The notes: a model not told the origin generated them from the letters alone. A stretch of DNA of 64,000 nucleotides from Candidatus Ozemobacteraceae bacterium (GCA_965140445.1 OZ223236.1:5056001-5120000); one strand, 5' to 3'; shown: positions 1-10,236, numbered from the stretch's first letter. Numbers and translations: made by a program.

Positions 1-2
1 CA

Positions 3-92
3 CCGGTAATTTCAAACCCTAACCGATCAGAACTAATCCAGGCATTGCAACTTAAACAATTGGCTGAAAGTCGACTGGATAAAGCTGCCTGA
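3..92 (+). CDS. 3' end of a CDS entering from the left edge (partial)
   Basis: Frame 3 is open from the edge (PVISNPNRSELIQALQLKQLAESRLDKAA*) and stops 7 nt before the convergent gene's stop. Confidence 0.4.
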   Translation, partial: PVISNPNRSELIQALQLKQLAESRLDKAA

Positions 93-99
93 TACCTCT

Positions 100-1089
100 C
101 TAGCGTCTTGAAAAAATTTCAAAAGCTACCGACAAAAGTGGTATAAGCACTGCTGAAAACAATCCAACAATTTTTTTGACCTCAAACGGCCAGGTATTAG
201 CCTCTTCTACAAAGGCCCTTATAGATATCAGACGACTTAATCGGTTTACCTCTTCATCATCAGTTTTCTCTTTGCTGATAATTACATTAATCTCTGAGTT
301 CAAACGTAGGATACATGCTTCTTTTTGCTGCAAAATTGATTTATGAAAATTAAAAAGGGGCCAGATTAGATAAATCATTATTGATACTGCAAAGATTGAA
401 AACCATAAAATTAGAAACATGTTCATTTCCCAATCACCAAAAAATCTGGCAATAATTCCCAGCGTGTAAGGAACAATAGCAAACAAAGCAGTACGCAGAT
501 GGATTTTGCCAAGCCTCATCAAACCAGAATTTTTGTTTTGGATTAGATCTATCTTGAGATCTTCATTGCTCAGCTCATGGATAAAAAATGCAAAACGCAG
601 AATTATGCAGATTGCAGCCAGACTCCAGAATAAATAGAAAAATTCAAAAACAAGATAAGTAATTTTTGCGTAATAGGCTTTAAAAGGCAGGCCTACCAGG
701 TAATAATCTCCAAAAACCGCAATAAAACAAAAGAATAAAGCAAACAGAATGGGAGCACGAGGTTCAAATATTGTATTCGCCTTTCCTTTGATATACTCTA
801 TGGACTTTTTCTGGGTCCAGCCGGTAAGCTTGGGCAACTCTTCTGCAAACCCGTAGAGAAGATCTTCCATCCAGACAATTCCTGAACCAGAAAAAGCCAT
901 TTTTATCCCATAAAGCATATAAGAAAAAATATAAATACTATTTTCATTGAATTGCAACCAGGCAAACTGAACAATAATCATACTGAGAGCGGAAAATAAG
1001 AAATAAAAAACCCAGTAGTTTTTTATTGGAAATTTGTTAAAAAACCTTGCTTGAAATGAAACTCGGTCAGCGGCTGCAACAGTGGCCAA
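100..1089 (-). CDS. Hypothetical polytopic membrane protein
   Basis: 329 aa with about 7 hydrophobic segments; TTG start after a GGGGG RBS-like run; no family motif recognised. Confidence 0.75.
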   Translation of the reverse strand: MATVAAADRVSFQARFFNKFPIKNYWVFYFLFSALSMIIVQFAWLQFNENSIYIFSYMLYGIKMAFSGSGIVWMEDLLYGFAEELPKLTGWTQKKSIEYIKGKANTIFEPRAPILFALFFCFIAVFGDYYLVGLPFKAYYAKITYLVFEFFYLFWSLAAICIILRFAFFIHELSNEDLKIDLIQNKNSGLMRLGKIHLRTALFAIVPYTLGIIARFFGDWEMNMFLILWFSIFAVSIMIYLIWPLFNFHKSILQQKEACILRLNSEINVIISKEKTDDEEVNRLSRLISIRAFVEEANTWPFEVKKIVGLFSAVLIPLLSVAFEIFSRR

Positions 1090-1176
1090 AATTTCCCCCC
1101 TCGAAAATAAAACCTAATAGGCAATTTGCCACAAAGTCAGCGATAAAACAATTTTTTTAACATTTTGCCTCTAGTT

Positions 1177-2271
1177 CTAATCAGATACTTTTTTAAATTT
1201 AGCTCCAGCTATAGAAATAAACAAAACTGCCAAAATGCATTGTATAAGTAAAGGTTGCCAAACTTCTCCAAAGGTGGATCCCTTTACAATAACCCCTATA
1301 AACACTTGCAGAAACCAGCGCAATGGATTCAAACAAGTCAAATATTGAACAATATCCGGCATATTTCTTATGGGAAATAACAACCCAGAAAGCATGACGC
1401 TAGGCAACATAAAGAAAAACGAGGTCAAAAGTGCTTGCTGCTGAGTTGATGAAATAACGCTGATAAATAAAGCTCCACCAAGATTGCCGCACACGAATAC
1501 TGCCGTAGAAAGGTAAATTAGTAACCAGCTTCCTTTCACTGTAATTCCATAAAAAGTAAAAGCCGCCAGAAGCATTATTGTCATTGTAATACAACCAACT
1601 CCAAGATACGGGAGAGTTTTCCCGATAATAAATTCAAACCTCGTGATAGGAGTAACCATCAGCTGCTCAATAGTTCCAGCTTCTTTTTCCTTAACAATAG
1701 CAATTGAAGCCAATAGAAAAGAGATTAATACCAACATTATCCCAACTAATCCTGGAACATAATAGAATCTGCTCTCAAAGTTAGGGTTAAACCATGCTCT
1801 TGCGTCCAGCACAACCAGGCTGGATGGATTCCTTTTCTCAAGAAAAGTCCCAAGAATCATTGAAGCATATCCCTGAATCAAACCAGCATCATTACTATTT
1901 GTTCCGTCTGTAATAATTTGAATTTTTCCAACTTCTCCTTTTAAAACTTTAGTGGAAAAGTTTTCAGGAATTTTCAAAACAGCTCTGAATTTGCCTGAAT
2001 CCATGCCCGCTTTAATTTGCTCTTCAGAATCAAGATACTCTTTAACAACAAAGTGTTCCCCCGAAGAGAGCGTAGAAATGAAATCGCGACTGAGCACACT
2101 TCTGGAGTGGTCCAGAATTCCTAACTGCACCCCTTTGAGCTCTAACACAAAAGCTTGAGCAAGAACAACAATCTGAATCACAGGAAAAACAAGAATGATC
2201 ATCCTCATTCTAGGATCACGAAAAAGTTCTAAAAATTCTTTTATAAATAGTTGTTTTAATCTTGAAAACAT
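1177..2271 (-). CDS. ybhR: ABC-2 type exporter permease (YbhR-like)
   Basis: KEFLELFRD N-terminus, WFNPN, IVKEKEAGTIEQLMVTP, SGLLFPIRNMP motifs; last gene of a ybhGFSR-type order. Confidence 0.85.
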   Translation of the reverse strand: MFSRLKQLFIKEFLELFRDPRMRMIILVFPVIQIVVLAQAFVLELKGVQLGILDHSRSVLSRDFISTLSSGEHFVVKEYLDSEEQIKAGMDSGKFRAVLKIPENFSTKVLKGEVGKIQIITDGTNSNDAGLIQGYASMILGTFLEKRNPSSLVVLDARAWFNPNFESRFYYVPGLVGIMLVLISFLLASIAIVKEKEAGTIEQLMVTPITRFEFIIGKTLPYLGVGCITMTIMLLAAFTFYGITVKGSWLLIYLSTAVFVCGNLGGALFISVISSTQQQALLTSFFFMLPSVMLSGLLFPIRNMPDIVQYLTCLNPLRWFLQVFIGVIVKGSTFGEVWQPLLIQCILAVLFISIAGAKFKKVSD

Positions 2272-2277
2272 ATGTTG

Positions 2278-3408
2278 CTATTCCATTTTTAAACGTAGGC
2301 TTTTATGAGCAAGCATAAACATTAGAAAAGCATAAAAAACCATTATCAAAGCATTGCCTATGATTATTTCCAATCCAACTCCCTTTAAGAAAATGCTTTT
2401 CAAAATGCTTATATAATACCTTGCCGGTACAATGTGGCTGAGATTTTGCAAAAACCTTGGCATATTATCAATTGAAAAAACAAATCCGCTAAGAAAAAGC
2501 GTTGGCAAATAGCTTATAATCAGTGCTGTCTGGTTTGCTATAACCTGTTTTTTTAATCTAATACTAATGAGTAAACCTAAGAACAAAGATCCAGAAAGAA
2601 AGAAGCTGGAAACAATAAATAGTAAACCAATACTGCCTCTAAGAGGAACGCCAAACAAAAACCGGCCCAGAACTACAGAAATCAGCAAGTCCAAAAATCC
2701 AATCAAAAAATACGGAAAAACTTTGCCAAGAATTAGCTCTACACCCGCGACGGGAGTGCTGATAAGCTGTTCCATCGTTCCGGTTTCCCATTCTCTCGCA
2801 ATAGTAACGCTGGTAAGCATTGCTGAAATAATAATCATAACTATGGCAATTACTCCAGGAACAATAACATGACGACTTCTTAAATCCTGATTATACCAGG
2901 CTCTTGGTTGCAATTCGATTCTTGTGGGCGTTTTATGTGTTCTTGCGGAATTGATTCTTAGAGATATGTTTGAGTTAAAAATTGTCGACACAACAAGGGC
3001 ATAATTTTGAACAAAACGTGCAGTATTAGCTTCACTTCCATCAATGATTGCCTGAAGTTTTACCTGTCTTCCGCTTTTTATCTGGCTAGAAAAATTTGCA
3101 GGAATGACAATAGCAATTAAAGCTTTGCCTGATCCAATCCCATTTTCTATTTCCCGATAGTTGTCTACTCTTTTGACAATTCTGAAATAAGGAGAGCCTT
3201 CAAGCAAACTTTGAAAATCCCGACTTAAAGGGGTTCCGGATTGATCCCAAACTATAGTGGGAACATCTGTCAAATCCATATTCAAAGCATACCCAAAAAG
3301 TAAAAGTAGTAATACAGGAATTGCAAGAGAAATACCGAGGCTACGCCAATCTCTAACAACATGAATACACTCTTTAACAGCTACTGCTTTTAAAATTCTC
3401 CATTTCAT
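2278..3408 (-). CDS. ybhS: ABC-2 type exporter permease (YbhS-like)
   Basis: LLFGYA, WYNQDL, IAREWETGTMEQLISTP motifs. Confidence 0.85.
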   Translation of the reverse strand: MKWRILKAVAVKECIHVVRDWRSLGISLAIPVLLLLLFGYALNMDLTDVPTIVWDQSGTPLSRDFQSLLEGSPYFRIVKRVDNYREIENGIGSGKALIAIVIPANFSSQIKSGRQVKLQAIIDGSEANTARFVQNYALVVSTIFNSNISLRINSARTHKTPTRIELQPRAWYNQDLRSRHVIVPGVIAIVMIIISAMLTSVTIAREWETGTMEQLISTPVAGVELILGKVFPYFLIGFLDLLISVVLGRFLFGVPLRGSIGLLFIVSSFFLSGSLFLGLLISIRLKKQVIANQTALIISYLPTLFLSGFVFSIDNMPRFLQNLSHIVPARYYISILKSIFLKGVGLEIIIGNALIMVFYAFLMFMLAHKSLRLKME

Positions 3409-5342
3409 TGCTGAAACTCCTGATCTTGCTTTTCCTCTGCAATACCAGCAAGAAAAACAAATACATCTTCCATTCCCGGGGAAATTTCACTAAAGGCAGC
3501 CTCTAACCCCATTCTATGAAGTAGACTCTTTATTTTTTCTTCATTATTTTCTTCTGGCGCTACAACAATGTGGATTCCAGCTCCAAACAAATACGCCTCT
3601 TTAATAAAATCTTCCTGCCGCAAATCCTTCAGAATCTTATTGTCACCAGGCATTTTTAAATTAAACACCTGATCATTCATGCTGTTTGCTTTAAGCTCAT
3701 CAGGGGTTCCCACTGCCATTAGACGCCCCTTGTTTATAAATGCAATTTTTTCACAGTATTCTGCTTCTTCCATGTAATGGGTAGTAACAAAAACTGTAAC
3801 CCCTGCATTGGATAGCTCATAAATAAGGTTCCAAAACTGTCTTCTGGTTAATGGATCAACGCCGCTGGTTGGTTCATCCAGAAAAACGATTGAAGGTTTG
3901 TGCAATAGGCTGCAGGCCAACGCCAACCTCTGTCTGAATCCAAGGCTTAATACAGAAACTTTAGAGTCCTGTAAACCTTCAAGCTTGGCCAATTGAATAG
4001 CCCATTCTTTTCGTGACTCCAAAATTTCGCCTTCAAGACCATAAATGCCGCCATAAAATCTAATATTCTCTGCAACGGTTAAATCCTGATATAAGGAAAA
4101 TTTCTGGCTCATGTAGCCGATTCTTTCCTTTATTTTTTCAGATGAATTTAGAACATCCAGTCCCGAAACTTGTCCCACCCCTGAAGTTGGCAGAAGAAGC
4201 CCGCAAAGCATCCTGATCGTAGTGCTTTTGCCAGCACCATTCGGCCCCAGAAATCCAAAAATTTCACCGGGCTTAACTTTCAGATTAAGACCTTCGACAG
4301 CAACAAAATCTCCAAATTGCTTTTTCAGGTCTTTCACTCTGACCGAAAACTCACTATTGGTTTCCAGATCCGGGCTCCAAAATTCCACCGGAACAAATTT
4401 TTCCCAGTTGCCATTTCGTTCAATCAAATCTACAAATACATCCTCTAATCGGATTTCCGTTTCACCAAGCCAGATGCCCTTATCAGAAAGAGCCAAAGCA
4501 GTAGAGTTTAACAATTCTCTTGCTTCATTTTTTCCTGAAAACATTCGAACTTGAATTAAATCTCCGACCAATCTGAACCAGCTCTCTCCACCACGCTTTG
4601 AAAGCTCACTAAAAAGTTTCCTGGGATTTTCAGCTTTAAAACTCTGGAGCGTAAAATCACTCTTAGACTTAATTTCTGATGGATCTCCCATTTCCAGGAA
4701 GCTCCCTTCATGTATCAAAGCAATACGGTGACATCTTTCTGCTTCATCTAAATATGAGGTCGAAACGAGAATAGATACGTCTTTTTCCAGCAATCCCTGC
4801 AACATTCTCCAAAAATCTCTTCGACTTACGGGATCTACTCCATTAGTTGGTTCATCAAGAATAAGCACTTCCGGGTCATGAATTAAAGCGCATACCAACT
4901 GTAATTTTTGCTTCATTCCACCAGACAACCGACCCGCTAACCTCTTTTTAAAAGGGTGCATATAGCTAAATCTGAGCAACTCATCAATACGTTCTTTTAA
5001 ACCTACTTCTTCTACCTCGAAAATTTCAGCATAGAATCTGACATTTTCTTCCACAGTTAAGTCTGGATATAGACCAAACCCTTGGCTCATATACGCAATT
5101 CTGGATTTAGTTGACTCAGTTGCTGAGAAAATGTCCTTTCCCAGTATCTGAACAGAACCGGAATTTGGCTCCATGATCCCAGCAATAATTCTAAGAGCAG
5201 TAGACTTTCCCGCCCCGTCAGGGCCTACAAGTCCAAAGATTTCTCCTTTTCGTATTTCTAGAGAAATATTTTTAAGAACTGATTTTTCAGCAAAAGATTT
5301 ACTTAGCTTCTCTGCTCTTATCGCGAAATTATGACTGTCCAT
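3405..5342 (-). CDS. ybhF: ABC transporter ATP-binding protein with two NBDs (YbhF-like)
   Basis: Two Walker A motifs (GPDGAGKST, GPNGAGKST), LSGGMKQ and LSLGFRQ signatures, two DEPT Walker B motifs. Confidence 0.9.
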   Translation of the reverse strand: MDSHNFAIRAEKLSKSFAEKSVLKNISLEIRKGEIFGLVGPDGAGKSTALRIIAGIMEPNSGSVQILGKDIFSATESTKSRIAYMSQGFGLYPDLTVEENVRFYAEIFEVEEVGLKERIDELLRFSYMHPFKKRLAGRLSGGMKQKLQLVCALIHDPEVLILDEPTNGVDPVSRRDFWRMLQGLLEKDVSILVSTSYLDEAERCHRIALIHEGSFLEMGDPSEIKSKSDFTLQSFKAENPRKLFSELSKRGGESWFRLVGDLIQVRMFSGKNEARELLNSTALALSDKGIWLGETEIRLEDVFVDLIERNGNWEKFVPVEFWSPDLETNSEFSVRVKDLKKQFGDFVAVEGLNLKVKPGEIFGFLGPNGAGKSTTIRMLCGLLLPTSGVGQVSGLDVLNSSEKIKERIGYMSQKFSLYQDLTVAENIRFYGGIYGLEGEILESRKEWAIQLAKLEGLQDSKVSVLSLGFRQRLALACSLLHKPSIVFLDEPTSGVDPLTRRQFWNLIYELSNAGVTVFVTTHYMEEAEYCEKIAFINKGRLMAVGTPDELKANSMNDQVFNLKMPGDNKILKDLRQEDFIKEAYLFGAGIHIVVAPEENNEEKIKSLLHRMGLEAAFSEISPGMEDVFVFLAGIAEEKQDQEFQQ

Positions 5343-6520
5343 TATTCTATTTCCAATTCACCATCCACAGGCATTCCTGGCTTAAACTTCCGCTCAGCGT
5401 TATTCAAATTGACTTTGACTCTATAAACGAGCTTTACTCTCTCTTCTGAGGTTTGAACACTTTTTGGAGTGAATTCCGATTGGGAGCTGATAAAAGTGAT
5501 CTGTCCTTCGAATTTTTCTCCCGGGAAAGTATCACAGAAAACAGCAACTTTCTGCCCCAACTTAACGTGCCCAATTTTCGTTTCATTAACATATCCACGC
5601 ATCCAGACATTATCCAGGTTTCCGACGCTTAAAACAGTTTTGCCGGGTATCATGTATTCACCAATTTCAGCACCTTCGGATAAAACAACTCCATCCATAG
5701 GCGAACTCAAGCTTAAATAGCTTTCGTTTAACATTGCAGCGTCTAGCGAGGCACTAGCAAGCATCACCCGTGCTTTTCCACGGTCAAGCTGTTCTTTTCG
5801 TGAACCATTTTTCAAACTCTCATATTTTGCTTCAACAATCTTCAGAGATTGACGTGCTTTATCAATCTCTTCGCTTCGCGTTCCCTCTTCCATTAAGTTA
5901 AGTTGGTTTTTTGCTGAATTATAGCTGGCCTGCGCCGATTTCTGATTCTCCAGAGCAGTTTTATAAATGGTCAAATAATTTATATATTCCCTTTCTCCAA
6001 TAGCTCCGGCTGAAAATAGATTTGAATAACGTTTTTCATCTTTTAAAGCCTTTTGAAGACTTGCGGTGGAAGAATCGAGCCTGGCTTTTGCCCCCGCCAG
6101 ATTTTCTCTGGCCGATCTAACCTCTTGATGCCTTGGTCCATTTTCCAACTGTTGGAGTTGAATTTTAGCTCGCTGAACTTCTGCAGCTGCTTGAATTCTA
6201 TCTTCAATCCTTGCTCCAGCCTCAAGTTCAGCTAATGTAGCCCTTTCAATGCTTAACTGTGCCATAGCTTTATCAACTTGAATTTTTACTTCATCGGCAT
6301 CCAGCTCAGCCAGCAAATCGCCCTTATTAATAAAGTCGCCTTCAGAAAAATTTCTTTTGCTCAAAACGCCCGGAATCCTGAAAGACAGATTCACTTCATC
6401 AATTTCAACATTTCCAGAAAACCTTATCCTTGAATCAGAGCCGTTTTCTGAGTAAATAGAAAACTTCAAAAAGAAAAGCAATACCAGGATTAAAATAAAC
6501 ACAGGAATAATTTTTTTCAT
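5342..6520 (-). CDS. ybhG: HlyD-family membrane fusion protein (YbhG-like)
   Basis: N-terminal TM, lipoyl-hairpin and coiled coil, SEFTPKSVQT..ER.KLVYRVKV and KPGMP motifs. Confidence 0.9.
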   Translation of the reverse strand: MKKIIPVFILILVLLFFLKFSIYSENGSDSRIRFSGNVEIDEVNLSFRIPGVLSKRNFSEGDFINKGDLLAELDADEVKIQVDKAMAQLSIERATLAELEAGARIEDRIQAAAEVQRAKIQLQQLENGPRHQEVRSARENLAGAKARLDSSTASLQKALKDEKRYSNLFSAGAIGEREYINYLTIYKTALENQKSAQASYNSAKNQLNLMEEGTRSEEIDKARQSLKIVEAKYESLKNGSRKEQLDRGKARVMLASASLDAAMLNESYLSLSSPMDGVVLSEGAEIGEYMIPGKTVLSVGNLDNVWMRGYVNETKIGHVKLGQKVAVFCDTFPGEKFEGQITFISSQSEFTPKSVQTSEERVKLVYRVKVNLNNAERKFKPGMPVDGELEIE

Positions 6521-6521
6521 A

Positions 6522-7160
6522 CTAAGCTTCCTTTGAAATTAGATGATTCAGACCACCAATAGAAAAATCAAAAATATGGTCAGTAATTGATTCAACGTTT
6601 GCAGGACCATTGTCAGAAACTTTCAACAAAGGAAGTATTCTTTGAGCAATTGCATAGTGGAAACACTGGCCAATAATAGAGATTGCAGAACGGGTCAAAC
6701 GCCTGTCCGATTTAGGTAGACCAGAAATAGTGGAAATTAAACTGACGAGATATTCTTTTTGCTTAAACTGATAACTAATAAAAAATTCTTTAAAGACCTC
6801 AGATGGTCCCAAAATTTCAGACAACAAAAGCTTTCCTACCCAACTTTTGTCCGGATCATTAAAAAAACTATTTAGTCTTTTAAAAAACGAAGAAATAAAA
6901 ACCTTCAATTTCGTTTCAGGTGGCAAATTCAAGTTATCTTCAGAAATAGTAGGATACTTTTCAAGAATTGAAATGAGGTATACCTCGATGACCTTTTTAT
7001 ACAAGCCTTCTTTGTCTCTGAAGTGATAGTTCACTGACCCAAGACTCTGATTTGCCTGCTTACAGATTTCTCTTACCGTTGCCCCTTTAAAACCTTTTAT
7101 GGCAAATATTTCACCAGCGGTTTTTATCAATTCAGCTTTTGTCTTCTCAGCCCCGTTCAT
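6522..7160 (-). CDS. TetR-family regulator, CecR/YbiH-like
   Basis: HTH GFKGATVREICKQA..SVNYHFRDKEGLY; C-terminal SIIGQCFHY; start refined to ATG 7160 behind GAGG. Confidence 0.85.
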   Translation of the reverse strand: MNGAEKTKAELIKTAGEIFAIKGFKGATVREICKQANQSLGSVNYHFRDKEGLYKKVIEVYLISILEKYPTISEDNLNLPPETKLKVFISSFFKRLNSFFNDPDKSWVGKLLLSEILGPSEVFKEFFISYQFKQKEYLVSLISTISGLPKSDRRLTRSAISIIGQCFHYAIAQRILPLLKVSDNGPANVESITDHIFDFSIGGLNHLISKEA

Positions 7161-7187
7161 TTCTAACCTCGCTAACTTTTTTGCCAA

Positions 7188-7217
7188 TTTGAACACTTGT
7201 TTTGAACATTTGTTCAA
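7188..7217. promoter_or_regulatory. Candidate TetR operator: two overlapping sites
   Basis: Perfect palindrome TTGAACA-TT-TGTTCAA (7202-7217) plus a 13-bp direct repeat TTTGAACAyTTGT, about 30-55 nt upstream of the TetR start. Confidence 0.65.
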
Positions 7218-7340
7218 TTTTAATATAAACGCTTTTTTCAATATCGGCAACAAAAACTTTCAACAATAGCTCCAATTTGACCTGCAACCCCTTTTCAGGT
7301 ATAGTCGTGCTCTGACAAATTTCCTGACCAGGGGTTCCAA

Positions 7341-8927
7341 ATGACAAAGCAATTTGAAAAAGAAGTAAATAAAAGAAGATGTTTCGGAATTATCAGCCAT
7401 CCAGATGCTGGTAAAACGACCCTGACAGAAAAACTCCTGCTGTTTGGCGGTGCAATTCAGATGGCCGGCGCAATCAAAGCTAGAAAAGCTGACAGACACG
7501 CAACTAGCGATTGGATGGCAATTGAGCAGGAAAGAGGGATCTCCGTAACAACCTCGGTGATGAAATTTGACTATCGGGACTACGAAATAAATCTATTAGA
7601 CACGCCTGGCCATCAGGACTTTTCTGAAGACACATACAGAGTTCTTACTGCTGTAGACAGCGCACTTATGGTTATAGATAGCGTTAAAGGCGTTGAATCC
7701 CAAACAGAAAAGCTAATGTCTATCTGTCGTATGCGAAATACACCGATTATGACATTTATCAACAAACTTGACCGCGAAGGCCGCATGCCACTGGAGCTTC
7801 TCCAGGAAATCGAAGACAAGCTCCAGGTAGAATGCTCACCACTTTCCTGGCCCATAGGCATGGGAAAATCTTTCAGGGGCGTTTACAATCTTTACAAAAA
7901 AGAAGTAATTCTTTTTAAGCCAGGGCAAATAAGAAAGCCACAAGACAACATTAAGATTTCTGATATTGATGATCCCAAATTGGATGAAATCCTTGGCTCT
8001 CAGGCAAATGAATTACGTGACGATATCGAACTTCTTGAAGGTGCCGCTAATCCGTTCGATCTCGATCATTATCTAAAAGGCAATCAAACACCAGTTTTCT
8101 TCGGCAGTGCCGTTAACAACTTTGGAGTCCAGGAATTGCTGGATGCTTTTGTAGAAATGTCTCCCCCGCCAAGGCCAAGAAAAACTGAAACAAGAGAAGT
8201 TTCGCCCTATGAAACTGATTTTACTGGATTTGCTTTCAAGATTCAGGCCAACATGGACCTTGCTCATAGAGACAGAATTGCCTTTGTTCGAATCTGTTCC
8301 GGAAAATTCACCAAAGGCATGAAAGTAATGCATCACCGGATTGGAAAGCCGATTTCCTTCAACAACGCTACTATTTTTATGGCACAGGATAGAAAAAACA
8401 TTGAAGAAGCCTATCCTGGCGACATCATTGGAATTCATAACCGCGGAACCATAAAAATTGGTGATACATTCTCAATAAAAGAGCCAATTAAATTTACGGG
8501 AATCCCCAATTTTGCTCCAGAAATCTTTAAAAGAGTAATTTTAAAAAACCCGCTAAAATCCAAACAACTTCAAAAAGGACTTCTGCAGCTCTCAGAAGAA
8601 GGTGCTGTGCAAGTTTTCAGACCACTGCTCGGAAATGATTTCATTCTAGGCGCGGTTGGAGTTTTGCAGTTTGACGTAACAATGGCTCGCCTAAAAACTG
8701 AATATGGGGTTGATGCAATCTACGAAACCGTTGACTATTCAACCGCGCGATGGATAGAAAGTGAAAATGTAAGCAATCTTGAAGAATTTAAAAAACGCTA
8801 TAAAGTTAGTCTGGCACTAGACACAGCCGATGCTTTAACATTCCTGGCTCCAGATAAGTGGAGACTGAACTATGTCATGAAAGAGTGGCCGGAAATTAAA
8901 TTCAACGAAACCAGAGAGCACGAATAA
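7341..8927 (+). CDS. prfC: Peptide chain release factor 3
   Basis: [59 protein letters not shown]; 528 aa. Confidence 0.97.
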   Translation: MTKQFEKEVNKRRCFGIISHPDAGKTTLTEKLLLFGGAIQMAGAIKARKADRHATSDWMAIEQERGISVTTSVMKFDYRDYEINLLDTPGHQDFSEDTYRVLTAVDSALMVIDSVKGVESQTEKLMSICRMRNTPIMTFINKLDREGRMPLELLQEIEDKLQVECSPLSWPIGMGKSFRGVYNLYKKEVILFKPGQIRKPQDNIKISDIDDPKLDEILGSQANELRDDIELLEGAANPFDLDHYLKGNQTPVFFGSAVNNFGVQELLDAFVEMSPPPRPRKTETREVSPYETDFTGFAFKIQANMDLAHRDRIAFVRICSGKFTKGMKVMHHRIGKPISFNNATIFMAQDRKNIEEAYPGDIIGIHNRGTIKIGDTFSIKEPIKFTGIPNFAPEIFKRVILKNPLKSKQLQKGLLQLSEEGAVQVFRPLLGNDFILGAVGVLQFDVTMARLKTEYGVDAIYETVDYSTARWIESENVSNLEEFKKRYKVSLALDTADALTFLAPDKWRLNYVMKEWPEIKFNETREHE

Positions 8928-9002
8928 TCCAAGTCTTTCCCATTAAATTCATTTCCAGAAAATGCCGATATATAAATTAGAAGTAATTTCTGGAGGCGAA
9001 TC

Positions 9003-9149
9003 ATGAGCAAACAAAAAAACAGTTCTAATGTTCTTCGACCAGAGTGCCGCGAATGCAGCAGATATAAAATAATGAAGTTCCCGTGTGACAAGGAAGCATG
9101 CATTCTCAATAGTTCTCCGCAAAAGCCAGGATGGCTGAACCTGTCATAA
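9003..9149 (+). CDS. Small Cys-rich protein (48 aa), not in the ORF track
   Basis: GGAGG RBS 6 nt before ATG; MSKQKNSSNVLRPECRECSRYKIMKFPCDKEACILNSSPQKPGWLNLS; CxxC-x9-C-x4-C. Confidence 0.55.
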   Translation: MSKQKNSSNVLRPECRECSRYKIMKFPCDKEACILNSSPQKPGWLNLS

Positions 9150-9158
9150 AAAATTGAC

Positions 9159-9294
9159 AAAAAAAAAACTGAGACCTAGGTCCCAGAACAGAAGCTCCCT
9201 TTAAGGAGAATTTTTCTCTCTACTTTACAAACCTCTCACTTTGTCCCGAACTCTTTTTGAGTTTCAGACAAAGCCGTGGTTGTACACCCACAAC
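9159..9294 (-). ncRNA. Candidate structured small RNA of unknown family
   Basis: Upstream TTGCGG-N16-TATAAT; four hairpins with minus-strand G-U pairs; ends in terminator CUGGGAC-CUAG-GUCUCAG followed by U10. Confidence 0.55.
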
Positions 9295-9297
9295 TTC

Positions 9298-9325
9298 ATT
9301 ATATTGTTTTTTTTTAAAACCGCAA
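9298..9325 (-). promoter_or_regulatory. Sigma70-type promoter for the candidate sRNA
   Basis: TTGCGG (9325-9320), 16-nt spacer, TATAAT (9303-9298). Confidence 0.55.
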
Positions 9326-9395
9326 ATTTGCTTATTTTCTGAAATCAGACCATCTCTGTGGTAGTATTGGTGAACGCAAATTTTGAGGTGAGATA

Positions 9396-10226
9396 ATGAG
9401 TTTTCTTGAACAAACTGGGGCTGTTAATATAAAAGACAGTCGCATTTCCTTTATAGAAATTGGTAAAGGGGAGCCCATTCTTTTTCTACATGGAAACCCT
9501 GGTACCAAAAGAGATTTTCAAGAAGTCAGCAAAAACTTAGCCAAAGAAGGCTATAAGTGCTTTTGCCTTGATCGCCCTGGTCACATGAACAGTGAAGAAT
9601 TAATTCCGGAAACTCCGGACAATTGGCTTGATGCTGACGTATTTGCAGAATTCATTGACAAAAAGTGCTCAGGAAAGGCAATTTTAGTTGGCTATTCTCT
9701 CGGAAGTTTTCTGGCCTCAAAAGTTGCAATCAAATATCCCGAAAAAGTTAAAAAGCTTGTTTTCGTTTGCCCATTTGTAACCCCAAATGACAAAAATGAA
9801 ACTCCAAGCTCAATTCCACAGCTATCAAAAAATCCTTTGCTAGGAACCATTCTTGGAATTCTTCTTCCACTTCTAAGCCCCCCAAAAATGAAAAAACACC
9901 TTCAAAATGTCTTTCATCCAGAAGAGGTCAGCGAAGAATTCCTTGAAGCTTATTTGCCAAGATATACAAGGTTTGAGTCACTGCTTGCTACAATCAGCGA
10001 TAAAAACTCAATGCTTGAGATACTTTCAGAGGTTCACGAGAAATTAGCTCAAATAGAATGCAACACAATCGTTATTTCAGGGCTAAAAGATTCAGTTTGC
10101 TCCGCAGAGGAACAAAACCAGTTACTAAAAGAGAACCTTAAAAATGTAAAAATAGTTGAAATTGAAGATGGCGGTCACGGGCTGCCATTTACCCATGCTG
10201 AAAAAATAGCAGAACTAATTAAATAA
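9396..10226 (+). CDS. Alpha/beta hydrolase
   Basis: LFLHGNPG, DRPGH, GYSLG nucleophile elbow, GGHGLP catalytic His. Confidence 0.9.
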   Translation: MSFLEQTGAVNIKDSRISFIEIGKGEPILFLHGNPGTKRDFQEVSKNLAKEGYKCFCLDRPGHMNSEELIPETPDNWLDADVFAEFIDKKCSGKAILVGYSLGSFLASKVAIKYPEKVKKLVFVCPFVTPNDKNETPSSIPQLSKNPLLGTILGILLPLLSPPKMKKHLQNVFHPEEVSEEFLEAYLPRYTRFESLLATISDKNSMLEILSEVHEKLAQIECNTIVISGLKDSVCSAEEQNQLLKENLKNVKIVEIEDGGHGLPFTHAEKIAELIK

Positions 10227-10236
10227 TAGTTTCCAT

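Noticed and set aside
7147..7499. ORFs 7147-7347 and 7260-7499, and the extended TetR start at 7253
   Set aside because: They span the operator/promoter region; the ATG at 7160 has an RBS and gives normal TetR length
8870..9160. 96-aa minus-strand ORF downstream of the candidate sRNA (would make the RNA a riboswitch leader)
   Set aside because: Its TTG start lies at the end of the terminator U-tract with no RBS; it overlaps the prfC 3' end and the better-supported plus-strand 48-aa ORF
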